This document shows, piece after piece, positions 9,192-21,020 of a stretch of DNA of 64,000 nt. Origin of the DNA: Azolla caroliniana (taxonomy: Eukaryota; Plantae; Polypodiophyta); assembly GCA_043228905.1 (NCBI GenBank), contig JBHGNT010000008.1:14880001-14944000 (forward strand). The letters are read 5' to 3'. The notes under the pieces were generated by a model, which was given only the letters and a program-made list of their open reading frames with translations, was not told the DNA's origin and did no database searches. The position numbers and the translations under genes are program-made. How positions within the stretch are numbered: the first letter of the stretch is position 1; every line of letters starts with the position of its first letter.

Positions 9192-11959
9192 TGGCATCCG
9201 ACACTGCCGGTGAGCTGTGGCACAAGAGGTTGTGTCATATGAGCGAGAAGGGGATAAAGAGGCTTGCAGAAGACAACCTCATTCTAGTGAAGAACGTGCA
9301 CTTGGAGAAGTGCACTGATTGTCTGGCCGGTAAGCAAAACCGGACCTCCTTCCGACCAAGGCCACCGATGAGACGTAATGCACCACTGGAGTTGGTGCAC
9401 ACGGATGTGTGTCAAGTAGACACGAAGTCACATGCCGGAGCGCAGTACTTCGTGACGTTCATAGATGACCACAGCTGGAAGTTGTGGGCCACACCGTTGA
9501 AGACGAAGGATCAGGTGTTATCCATCTTCAAAGAGCTCCACGCGAGAGTGGAAAGAGAAACCGGTTGGAAGTTGAAGGCGGTTCGAGCAGATAACGGAGG
9601 AGAATACCAGGGGCAGTTCGAGGAGCACTGCTGCTCGAAGGGAATCCGGCTCGAATTTACCGTGCCGAAGACGCCGGAACTAAACGGACTGGCCAAGAGG
9701 ATGAACCGGACCATAATGGAGAGGGTCCGGAGTATGCTAGCGCATGCAAAACTACCCAAGAAGTTTTGGGCTGAGGCATTGTTGACAGCGACATATGTGA
9801 TAAATAGATCACCCTTAGTACCCTTGGACAGAGACACGCCACAGAGAGTGTGGACAGGTAAGGAAGTATCCTACCGGCTTCTGAAGGTGTTCGGGTGTCT
9901 CGCGTACGTGCATGTAGCTAAGGACCGGAGAGGAAAGTTAGATCCAAAGACCCGGCCATGCATATTCCTTGGTTACGGTGACGATGAGTTCGGCTACCGA
10001 GTGTGGGACCTGGTTGACAAGAAGGTATTCCGGAGTCGAGATATTATCTTCATGGAGGACAAGACGCTCACCGACTAGGAGTCGGAGAAGAAGAAGATGA
10101 ACTCCGAGTCGACCGGTAAGGATCGACTCTACGATGAGCAGACCCAACCGGCAAGAGACCGGTTAGCACTCGAGGGACCAGCCGGTTACAGTGAGGATAT
10201 CGAACCGGCTGAAGAAGAAGTAGAGGAAGCTGAAACCGGAACCGGCCAAGACCCCGAATCGGATTCAGATGAAGAGCAAATGGAGGAGCCGGTTACCGAA
10301 GCCCAAAGGCGGAGATATCCTCTCAGAGAGAGAAGGGCCCCCCGGAGATTTCCGGATGCAGAGCATGTGCTGTTAACCGATGAGGGGGAGCCAGAAAGCT
10401 TCGAAGAAGCGAAGGATGACACTCACAGCCGCAAATGGTTAAGTGCCATGCAGGATGAGATGGATTCCCTGCATGAAAACCATACGTACGAATTGGTGGA
10501 GTTGCCAAAAGGAAAGCGGGCACTCCGAAACAAGTGGGTGTACAAGTTGAAACTGGGAGATGCCGGCAACCCCCCGAGATACAAAGCCAGGATCGTGGTG
10601 AAGGGGTTCCAGCAGAAGAAGGGCGTGGACTTCGACGAGATATTTGCCCCGGTAGTAAAGATGACCTCCATCCGGACGGTGCTGAGTATAGCGGCAAGCA
10701 TGGACCTCGAGGTAGAGCAGCTAGACGTGAAGACGACATTCCTTCACGGTGACCTCGAAGAGGAGATCTACATTTAGCAACCGGAAGGATTCGTGGAGAA
10801 AGGGAAGGAGCACCTGGTATGCCGGCTGAAGAAGAGCCTGTACGGACTAAAGCAGGCTCCCCAACAATGGTACCAGAAGTTTGATTCCTTCATGACCGAT
10901 CAAGGGTACCACAAGACGCAGGCCGATCACTACGTGTTTGTGAGGAAGTTCGAAGGAGGCGACTTCCTGATACTCCTTCTGTACGTGGACAACATGTTGA
11001 TCGTCGGACGAGACCAAGCCAAAATACGGATGCTGAAGAAGGCTCTCAACCGAACCTTCTCAATGAAAGACTTGGGTCCGGCAAGATAGATGCTGGGGAT
11101 GCATATTATCCGGAACCGGTCATTGAAGCAATTATGGCTGTCACAGGAGAAGTACGTGACAAAGGTGCTTCAGCAGTTCAACATGTCAGATGCAAAACCG
11201 GTCGGATCGACACTTCCGGCAAATTGCAGGTTATCCGGTAAGCAAAGCCCGAAGACGAAAGCAGAGAAGGCGGATATGATGAAGATTCCATATGCCTCTG
11301 CCGTTGGGAGCTTAATGTACGCAATGGTGTGTATCCGACCGGATATAGGATACGCAGTTGGAGTGGTGAGTCCGTTCATGAGCAATCCCGGCAAGGAGCA
11401 CTGGAACACGGTCAAATGGATACTCCGGTATTTGAAGGGCACTTCAAATATGTGTCTCCGATTCGGCTCCGGAAAACCTCAACTTGACGGTTTCACCGAT
11501 TCGGACATGTCGGCTGCTGTGGTTACCAGCCGGTCTACATCCGGGTATGTAATGACATATGCAGGGGGAGTTGTTTCGTGGCAGTCGAGGCTGCAGAAGA
11601 CGGTTGCGTTGTCAACCACAGAGGCGGAGTACATGGCGGCTGTGGAAGCCGGCAAGGAAATCTTATGGATGAAGGACTTCATCAGAGAGCTCGGTATCCG
11701 GCAAGATGAATACCGGCTCTATTGTGACAGTCAAAGTGCCATCCACCTTGCTAAGAATGCAGCCTACCATTCCCGGATGAAGCATAACCAGCGAAGATAT
11801 CACTAGATCTGGGAAAGAGTAGATGACCAAGAGTTCGCACTGACGAAGATCCACACGGCCGAGAACGGGTCAGATATGCTGACCAAAGTGCTAATACCCG
11901 ACAAGCTGGATGCATGCCGGAAGAGGATCGGACTAGTAAGACACCCCATGCTGGAGTGA
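9192..11959 (+). pseudogene. pol: Element A pol (IN, RT, RNase H) with in-frame stops
   Basis: WHKRLCH..CTDC, LELVHTDV, YKARIVVKGF, LLYVDNM and ALSTTEAEY motifs. TAG stops end ORF pieces at 10078, 10777, 11089 and 11806. Confidence 0.93.
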
Positions 11960-11969
11960 AGGGGGAGTT

Positions 11970-12646
11970 TGTTGGGAGACCGGTCCCTCCGGATGGGAAG
12001 GGAGAAGAACAATGTTGATAAGCAAACTCGGCCCGAGGCCGAAACCGGATAAGGAGTACCCGGTTACGGAGAGTCGAATGGTGCAGACCCGGTGAGAACT
12101 AGATGAGGAGTACCCGGTTTCGGAGAGCCGGATGGTGCAGACCCAGTGAGAACTGGATGAGGAGTACCCGACTACGGAGAGCCGGATGGTGCAATCCAGG
12201 TGAGGAGTGCTCACCGGATGAAGAGACATATTCATAAATATGTTTCTGAGAGTCCATCATGGCTATATTTGTAAATAGCCGAAAACTCATATTAGTATAA
12301 ATATGACTTAGGGCAAACTTTTAGATATTGTTGTTATTCTTGTTAGTGTACAGAGAGAGAAAGAGAGAGAAAGAGGTCGTTGCCTCTGTTGTAACCGCCA
12401 CCTGTGGCGAAGATTGTGAGCACGAGGTCGTTGCCTCCGTGAATTCACTGTTGTACATTCTAACATAGTGATAGTTTGCAGCCTGTGGGCTGCCGTGGAT
12501 TTTTACCCTTAGTTTGGGTTTTCCACGTAAACATCCTGTGTACTCTTCTCTTCTTCGTGTCGTGCATTTATTTCCCGTTTTCTATGTATGATTCTAAGCT
12601 CGGTTCTGGCCGAGCGTTGCGTATAGGGAGCGTGCAGTTCCTGTCA
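11970..12646 (+). repeat. 3' LTR of element A, with three 54-bp units
   Basis: Homologous to 1992-2733 and preceded by the PPT. Confidence 0.95.
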
Positions 12647-15600
12647 TGTTGAGAGACAAGGTCAACATTGGCCGGATTGGCTGAAGAAGCCGAGGACCGG
12701 ATCGGTTGGGACCGATCGGTTAGGCCGTTGGGAAAGATATTCCGTGATGAATATATTTGGGAGTTTGTGTAGGAGCTCTTAATGAGCATTGAAGTACTAT
12801 CAGTACTTCGGTCAGTCCTTCTAGGACTTGTACAAAGTGTTCATTGAACACATATATGTATTGTTTTTTTTCTTGAATATATTTTTTCTAGTGTCTTCTC
12901 TCTCACTCTCTCTGTCTCTCTCGCGTATACTGCGTAAGCTCAAGCTCTCCATTAAACCTAAGTGTTCTTCCTTCTGTTCTGTCTTCATACTTGCTTCTGC
13001 ACGCTACTTTCTACATGGTATCAGAGCGCGAGGGTTGAGAACCTCTCTGCAGCCGACACAGCTTGACGAAGAAGAAAGAGAAGAATGATGGATAGAGGCA
13101 TGGCGAGCTCGCTTCCAACAGAGAAGCTCGACAGAACCAACTACGCATCTTGGTCCTACAAGATGCACCAGTACCTGCTCGGGCAGGGCTACTAGAGTTA
13201 TGTCGAAGGAGCTAATGATGCGGCACCCGAATCGACACACAGAGACTTCCCGTCGTGGGAGCAATCGGCGAGCAGGGTATTGTACTGCTTCGCGTCGTGT
13301 GTGGGCGAACAACTATTGAGCTATGTTCGGGATACAAAGACGCCGAAGGGTGCGTGGGAAAATCTGAATAAGATTTTCGCCGCGAGCACCACAGCCAGGA
13401 AGCTTCAGCTCCGACTGGAGTTGAGCAATCTACGACAACGCGACTTGTCGGTGGCAGAATATACCTCGAAGATCAAGGATATCTACGACTCCCTCGCCTC
13501 CATAGAGGTAAACATCGAGGAGAGCGAGATGGTTCAGATCTGTTGCGGAGGTTTGGCGTCGAAGTTCGGAGCGTTCCGAACTGTTGTTTGTACCCGGGAG
13601 AATACGCTGTCCTTTTTCGACTTACAGTCAATGCTCCTAGTAGAGGAGAACCACGCGGGTGCGTCTACAAGCACGCACGCCGACAACAGAATGCTGTACA
13701 CGGAGGGTGATAGGCCCCATGGACGTGGAGGACGAGGCGAGTCGGTGCGCAATGGAGGCGGCCGACGAGATGACCAAAGGAAGAAGGCACCGAAGTGATG
13801 CCGACAGCAACTCCGGACCCTCCAGAAACAGGGGGAGTTGAAGCGATGAGAACCGGCAAGGGAAGGCCATCGTGGAGTGCTGGTACTGTGGCAAGAAAGG
13901 CCACAGGGAAAGTGAGTGCTGGAAGAAGCGCGCCGATTCGGAGAGAACCGGTTCCAGAAACGGCTCCAGACATACCGACAAGGGAAATCGGCAGCGATCG
14001 CACTACGCCGAAGAGTCCGGGAGAGCCGGAGAAGGGTCTGCCTTCGTGACAAGACACGAAGCAAACTCAATGAAACAGAGCACCCCAAGATCGGACGAGG
14101 TGTGGTACGTAGACTCCGGCACGTCAAACCACATGACGAGTCATAAGGAGTGGTTCTCGTACCTTGAAAAACCGATACAACCTGGAGTAGTCGCAATTGG
14201 AGACAACACTCCGCATCCGATCGCGAATGTAGGAGAAGTTCCCCTTAGCCATGTCGGGCAGAAAGGGAAACTCATGAACGTGTTGCACGTTCCGACAATC
14301 ACGAAAAACTTGGTCTCGGTCGGACAGATCGTCGACCAAGGGATGGAGGTTCGGTTTACACACCTCGGGTGCTTCATTGAGGAAGAAGGCCCTGTGATTG
14401 CGCAAGGGCGCAGAGACGGGAGGATGTTCATCCTCGACTCCACTGACGGCGGCACCGCAATGTTCGCGAAGGGACAAAAATCCGAGTCGGACATTGACTT
14501 GTGGCACAAGCGGATAGGCCACGTCAACCACCAATGGCTTCAAGATCTGCAATCGAAACAGGTAGTGTTCGGATTGCCCAAATTTAGTGGCCAAAAGGCA
14601 CCAATTTGTGAAGCCTGCCAGTTCGGGAAGCAACACCGACTTCCTTTCCCCAACGAGCGAAACCGGAGCTCAGAACAAGCTCGACCTTATACACTCTGAT
14701 GTATGGGGGCCGGCATAAAACGTTAGTCTTGGCGGGAGCCGATATTTCGTCTCCTTCATCGACGACCACACGCGGCACACGTGGATCTACCTCATTGAGA
14801 GGAAGAGCGAAGTCTTCGACTGCTTTCGGGACCTCAAAGGGTTCGTGGAAATGGAAATGGGACGAAAGATCAAGTGCCTGCGGTCGGATGGCGGGAAAGA
14901 CTACTTCTCCGGTCATTTCAACGGTTATCTACAACAAATGGGAATTCGGCGCGAATTCAGTTGTAGATACATGCCGGAGCAGAACGGCGTGGCCGAGAGG
15001 AAGAATCGGTCAGTTGTGGAACCGGCACGGGCAATGCTGGAGGAGAAGAGCTTGCCCAAGTTCTATTGGGCCGAGGCGGTAAGGACTGCGGTATACATCC
15101 AGAACCGGATCGGAGACAAAGTGTCGGCGCACGAGCTATATTTCGGAACAAAGCCGAACTTGCGACACTTGAGGGTGTTCGGTAGCATTGCGTATGTGCA
15201 TATACCGAAGGAGAAAAGGAGGAAGATGGACACAAAGGCCGAGAAATGCATCTTGGTCGGTTACTCAGACGAGCAGAAGGGTTATAAGTGCTATAACCCT
15301 CGCACCAAACAAGCGCGTGTCAGCCGCGACGTTGTGTTTGACGAGTCCGCGTCCTGGTACCTGCCCCTGACTCCGAACCCTGCCCCCAATCCGAGCTCTG
15401 ATGATGAGGTCAGTGAGGCCGAGATGCCTCCGAATGAGCCCGAAATCGAGACCCGCGAAGAGAGTCCGATTTCACTCCGGTTAAGTGGACTGATTGGACG
15501 ACTGAGTCGGTACGACCAGTCCGATGAAGAGCCGGCGAGTAGTGGAGACTCAGCCGTGCATTCCCCGCGCAGGAAGCCGAGGAGACGGCTTACGCGCAAA

Positions 15601-18253
15601 GAGAAAGGGAAGAAGGTGTCGGATTCCGGCACAGATAGGAACAAGTCAGACCGACGCGAGTCCGACTCCGAGGGAACCGGTGACGGGTCTTTAAAAGTGA
15701 AGTTCGCGTCGATTGAGAAGGGCTCGACATCAGCTAATGCGAGATTACGCCGATCTACCCGCCAGAAGAATACTGTTATGCGGTTCGGATACAACGAGTA
15801 CATGGCGCATCATTATGCATACATGACCCGTGTAACGGAAGTGTGTGAGCCGGAGAGCTACGCAGAAGCGGCTAAAGACGCGACTTGGCGTGCCGCGATG
15901 GAGGACGAGATGCACGCATTGGCAGAGAACGAGACCTGGGACCTGGTTGACGCACCAAGAGGGGTAAAACCGATCGGGTGTAGGTGGGTGTACAAAGTCA
16001 AGTACAACACCGATGGCTCGGTCAACCGGTACAAGGCTCGGCTAGTGACAAAGGGCTACGCGTAGAAACACGACATCGACTACAATGAGACATTTGCGCC
16101 GGTCGCCAAAATGACGACCGTTCGTGTTTTGCTCGCAGTAGCCGCGGCCAAGGGGTGGCACCTACATCAAATGGATGTAAAGAATGCGTTCCTGCAAGGT
16201 GACCTTGAGGAACAAGTGTACATGGTACAGCCCCCCGGATTTCACTCCGGAACGAACTCCTCGGCAGTATGCCAACTAAAGCAAGCCCCGCATGCCTGGA
16301 ACGCGAATATCACGCAACAACTGTGTCGGATGGGCTTCGTCACGTCAAAATCGGACCCTTCCCTGTTCATCCGGAAAGGTCGACTCGGACCGGTTAGTAT
16401 TCTACTATATGTCGATGACTTGGTCATCACCGGCGCCGACCTAGGTGAAATCAACCGCGTGAAGCTCCAGCTTGCGGCATCGTTCGACATGAAGGATCTG
16501 GGGGACCTTCATTACTTCCTCGGGATCGAAGTGATCCGTACCCCCGAAGGCATATTGATCAGCCAACGTCATTACGTGCTGGGTATGCTCTTCAAACTCG
16601 GGATGGCCGATTGTAAGTCCGTCTCGACTCCTCTGGACAGAACCATCAAGCTTCGTCTCGATACGGGAAAGGTATGCGACCTGATGAGGTTCCGACAAAT
16701 TGTCGGAAGCCTCATATACTTGACCATCACCCGACCCGACCTCAGTTATCCGGTCGGGGTGATCAGTCAGTTCATGGCGCGACCTACCGAGGAGCACCTT
16801 TAGTGTGCGCAACGCGTACTGTTGTACGTAAGCGGCACTAAGGACCGCGGACTGCTATATCAGACCGGTGCAGCCGCGCAGTTAGTCGGCTACACCGATG
16901 TTGATTGGCCTGGCAACGCCGCCGATCGCCAATCCACGTCCGGATACGCGTTCTCCCTCGGGAGTGCCGTCGATCGCGTGGAGCAGTAAGAAGCAGCCGA
17001 CAATTGCACTGTCGAGCACCTAAGCTGAGTACCGAGGAGCGGCTGTCGCGACATGCGAAGCCATATGGTTGAAGCGACTACTTAAGGACCTGCAAGCAGA
17101 GGTGTCAGATCCGACGACGATCTACTGCGACAACCTCAGCAGCATCCAACTTGCGAAGAACCCCGTTTTCCACGCACGGACCAAGCACATTGAGGTGCAC
17201 TACCATTTCAACCGTGAGCGTGTCCTTTCCGATGAAGTCGAACTTTAGTACGTGCCGACGGATCGGCAGATTTCCGACATCTTCACCAAGCCTCTTGGTC
17301 TGGACAAGTTGCGGCAACTTGCAGGTGCGCTCGGATTGCGTCACCTCGACGTGCCAAACTTGAGGGGGAGAACAGTCCCGAACGACCAAGTAAGGCAGCA
17401 GGAAAGGAGCGGAGACCGCGACACCGAGTCGGTTGTCGAGTTCGACTTCGGATCGGCTGAAGAAGCCGAGGGCGGACCTGCGGAAAAGTCCGGAAGCGGA
17501 CAGAAGGGGAGTAGCTGAAGGAGAGAGCCGTAGCCAACCACGCATGGGGGAGATGACGCCATCGAGGGCGAGAAGACCGAAAACGAGTTGGAGACAGCCA
17601 ACTCGGACGAGAGCGAAAACCGATCGGAGGTAGCCGAGTCGGCTCGGATGTTTGATTTAGACACGTGGAATCAACCGAGGCCCAAGCGGAAGAAAAGGCA
17701 GCAGAAGAAGTGTTGACACCGCAACAGCAGAAGAGCTGATATGGGCCACATGAGAAGACAAGTCGACCGGAAGGGTCGAAGCGCGCGGAGTCGAACAGGT
17801 CGAGGAGCGCGAGCGAGGCGTGAAGCCAGGAGGAACCGGAGCTGTGAAGATCCCGAAGAGCCTCAAGTTGAGCTTGAGGGGGAGTGTTGAGAGACAAGCT
17901 TAACATCGGCCGGATCGGTTGAAGAAGCCGAGGACCGAATCGGTTAGGACCGATCGGTTAGGCCGTTAGGAAAGATATTCCGTGAGGAATATATTTGGGA
18001 GTTAGTGTAGGAGCTCTTAATGAGCATTGAAGTACTGTCAGTACTTTGGTCAGTCCTTCTAGGAATTGTACAAAGTGTTCATTGAACACATATATGTATT
18101 GTTTTTTTTCTTGAATATATTTTTTCTAGTGTCTTCTCTCTCACTCTCTCTGTCTCTCCCGCGTATACTACGTAAGCTCAAGCTCTCCATTAAACCTGAG
18201 TGTTCTTCCTTCTATTCTGTCTTCATACTTGCTTCCACATGCTACTTTCTACA
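12647..18253 (+). mobile_element. Ty1/copia element C, full length and decayed
   Basis: 369-bp LTRs at 12647-13015 and 17885-18253; PBS TGGTATCAGAGC 13016-13027; PPT 17873-17884; TSD TGTCA (12642-12646 / 18254-18258). Confidence 0.95.
13088..17884 (+). pseudogene. pol: Element C gag-pol with frameshifts and stops, plus a charged C-terminal tail
   Basis: [56 protein letters not shown] and TKHIEV motifs. Confidence 0.92.
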
Positions 18254-18263
18254 TGTCACCTAC

Positions 18264-20355
18264 CGACACCTGAGGGTGTTGGGATGCATATGGCTAAGGA
18301 TTAGAGGTTGAACCTCGACAATAAGTCGAAACCATGCATATTCATGGGATACTCGGAAGATGAGTTCGGCTACAGTCTATGGAACTTAGTCGATAAGAAG
18401 GTGGTGAGGAGTTGTGATGTTGTCTTCTTGGAAGACAAAACAATTGAGGACTGGAAGAAACAGAAGTCAGAGTTGACTCTCCAGTCGCCCTCGACTGCCA
18501 CCTTAAGGCAAGTTGAACCGACACAATCGGCTAATCAGAGATAGGAAGATGGAACAGTTGTATCAGAGTCCATCGACTCAGAGCAACCGACCTATGAGTC
18601 GGAGTCGATGGACTTATTGAAGTCGATCGAAGAATACGAATTAGAGTCAGTGGATACCCGACAACCTATCGACATGAATGAACTCGAGCCGAGAGAAGAG
18701 TTGACAGAGACATCCGAACTAGAGCCAACAACGAGTGGAAGGAGATACCCACTTAGGGAAAGGAGAGCACCGACGACATATGCCAGTTAATACATCCTCT
18801 TGATTGATGCAGGTGAATCAGAGTGCTATGAAGAAGCCACAACCGACAAGCATAGTAAGAAGTGGCTAAATGCGATGCAAGAAGAGATGGATTCCTTGCA
18901 CGAGAATTATACCTACGACCTAGTAGAGTTGCCGAAAGTTAAGAGAGCACTCAGGAATAGATGGTTCTACAAGGTGAAGACCGGAGAAGTTGACAATCCA
19001 CCCAAGTATAAAGCCCGCATTGTGGTGAAGGGTTTCCAATAGAAAAAGGGTGTCGATTTTCACGAAATAATCGCTCTAGTGGTGAAGATGACGCCCACTA
19101 GAACTCTTCTAAGAATAACTGTCAGTATGGATCAGGAGATCGAACAGTTGGATGTTAAGATGACATTCTTGCACGGGGAGCTGGAGGAAGAGATCTACAT
19201 GCAGCAACCTGAAGGCTTTGAGGAGACAGGGAAAGAGAACTTGGTGTGTCGACTGAAGAAAAGCTTGTATGGTCTGAAATGAGCTCCACCACATTGGTGG
19301 AACATGGGTTCCAAAAAACATAGGCGGATCATTGTGTGTTCGTAAAAAGTTATGACGAAGGTGATTTCTTGATTCTCTTATTATATGTAGATGACATGTT
19401 GATAGTCGGTCAAGATACAAGAAAGATTGGAACCTTGAAGAAAGCTCTAGGCAAATCGTTTTTCATGAAAGTTCTTGGACCAGCTAAACAGATCTTGGGG
19501 ATGCACATAGTTCGCAACAGAACTAAGAAAGTGTTGTGGCTGTCACAACAGAAGTATGTGACAAAGATCCTAGAAAGGTTCAACAAGTCGGAGGCAAAGC
19601 CAGTCGGCTTGGTGTTGCCGACAAACTACAAGTTGAATGCTGAACAATGCTCAAGAAGGTAGAAAGAAAAGGTTGAGATGAAGAAAGTATTGTATGCCTC
19701 AGCCGTTGGCAGCTTCATGTATGCTATGGTCTGCACGAGACGAGACATAGCATTTGTTGTAGGAACAATAAGCCGATAAATAAGTAATCTAGGACGAGAA
19801 CACTGGGCAACAGTGAAGTGGATACTCAGGTACTTAAAAGGCACCTCGGGGGTATGCCTAACGTATGGTGTTGGAAAAACCATGCTCGAAGGGTTTACCG
19901 ACTTGGACATGTCGGGAGATGTACATTCAAGTCGATCTACGTCAGGGTAAGTGATGACCTATGCAGGGGGAGTAGTATCGTGGCAGTCGTGACTGTAGAA
20001 GTCTGTGGCCTTGTCGACCATAAGAGCAGAGTATGGCAACGGTAGAGGCCGGCAAGGAGCTGATTTGGATGAAGAGTTTCCTTAGTGAAGTCGGGATGAA
20101 GCAAGAAGAATTCTTGCTCCACTGTGATAATCAGAGTGCCAGACATATTGCAAAGAACTCTGCATACCACTCTCGGACCATATACAAAGGAGGTATCATC
20201 GGTTGCGAGAAAAGGTAGACGAAGGCGAGTTTTCCCTCTCAAAGATACATACCGACGATAATGGATCCGACATGCACACGAAGAACCTCCCTATGGACAG
20301 ATTTAGAGTCTGTCGACAGAAGACAAGACTAACTAGGTCCTACCCACTGGAGTGA
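18264..20355 (+). pseudogene. pol: Element B pol remainder (IN tail, RT, RNase H), heavily degenerate
   Basis: KPCIFMGYSEDEFGY, YKARIVVKGF and LLYVDDM motifs. Resumes directly after TSD CCTAC. Confidence 0.88.
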
Positions 20356-20365
20356 AGGGGGAGTT

Positions 20366-20991
20366 TGTTAGGAATATGTCCCTCCAATGGGAGGAACCAA
20401 TTGCTCGGAGAGAGACGAATGTCGAAGATAGAGAGAGCCGACAGTCGAGGAGTTGACAAGAGATGATTGAGGTCGAAGTCACGACCGACTAGTCGGGCCA
20501 ACCGGATGGTCAATGACCAGGTCGACTAGTCAGACCGATCCGACAATCGATGGTTGAGTCGGTTGATTAGTAAGACTATTATTATTGTTTAGATAATAAT
20601 AATGGCCATGATTGTAAATAAGACATTTTGTGTATTAGTATAAATACACTTAGGGCAAACATGAGAGAAGTAGAACAGGAGTAAGAACAGAATAGTGTGA
20701 GCCTCTATATGTGAGCGCGATATAGAAGAGAGAGTGTGTGAGCGTGAGAGAGAGTGGCAGCAAAGTTCAATGAACTTGCTAAGAACCCTAAGCGGGTTAT
20801 CCTCTGTGTGTATCAGAGAAGATTGTAACCTTTTTCTTATTCTCTTGTGTATAGTGGAATCTTTGTTTTCCGTGATTTTCTCCCGTTTTAGGGTTTACAC
20901 GTTAAATCTGTGTACACTGTTTTTCTGTGTTTCCCAGTTGTGTATTTCAGCATATTGCTTTTCTTCTGGATCAATGATTCGAATCTCAACA
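20366..20991 (+). repeat. 3' LTR of element B
   Basis: TGTTAG..TCAACA after the PPT. The TATA region (TATAAATACACTTAGGGCAAAC) is related to A LTRs. Confidence 0.85.
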
Positions 20992-21020
20992 TAATTTATG
21001 GTCATGCTCGTAACAAGCTT

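Larger units (their letters stand above)
1992..12646 (+). mobile_element. Ty1/copia element A (Tnt1/Tork-like), full length with several stops; contains D
   Basis: LTRs 1992-2733 and 11970-12646; PBS TGGTATCAGAGC 2736-2747; PPT 11953-11967. TSD CCTAC at 1987-1991 and at 18259-18263 (displaced by C). Domain order gag-PR-IN-RT-RH. Confidence 0.95.
1449..20991 (+). mobile_element. Ty1/copia element B (Tnt1/Tork-like), 5'-deleted and degenerate; host of A, C and D
   Basis: Starts TGTTAGGAATATGTCCC, as does its 3' LTR at 20366. TSD TAATT (1444-1448 / 20992-20996). PPT GGAGTGAAGGGGGAG precedes 20366. Confidence 0.88.
318..21015 (-). mobile_element. Solo LTR of chromovirus family E, split by two insertions (segments 318-487, 1184-1448, 20997-21015)
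   Basis: The joined segments (~454 bp) are the reverse-complement homologue of the 455-bp LTR at 60049-60503. Termini are TGT..TAACA. Near-TSD is AACTT (313-317) / AGCTT (21016-21020). Confidence 0.8.
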
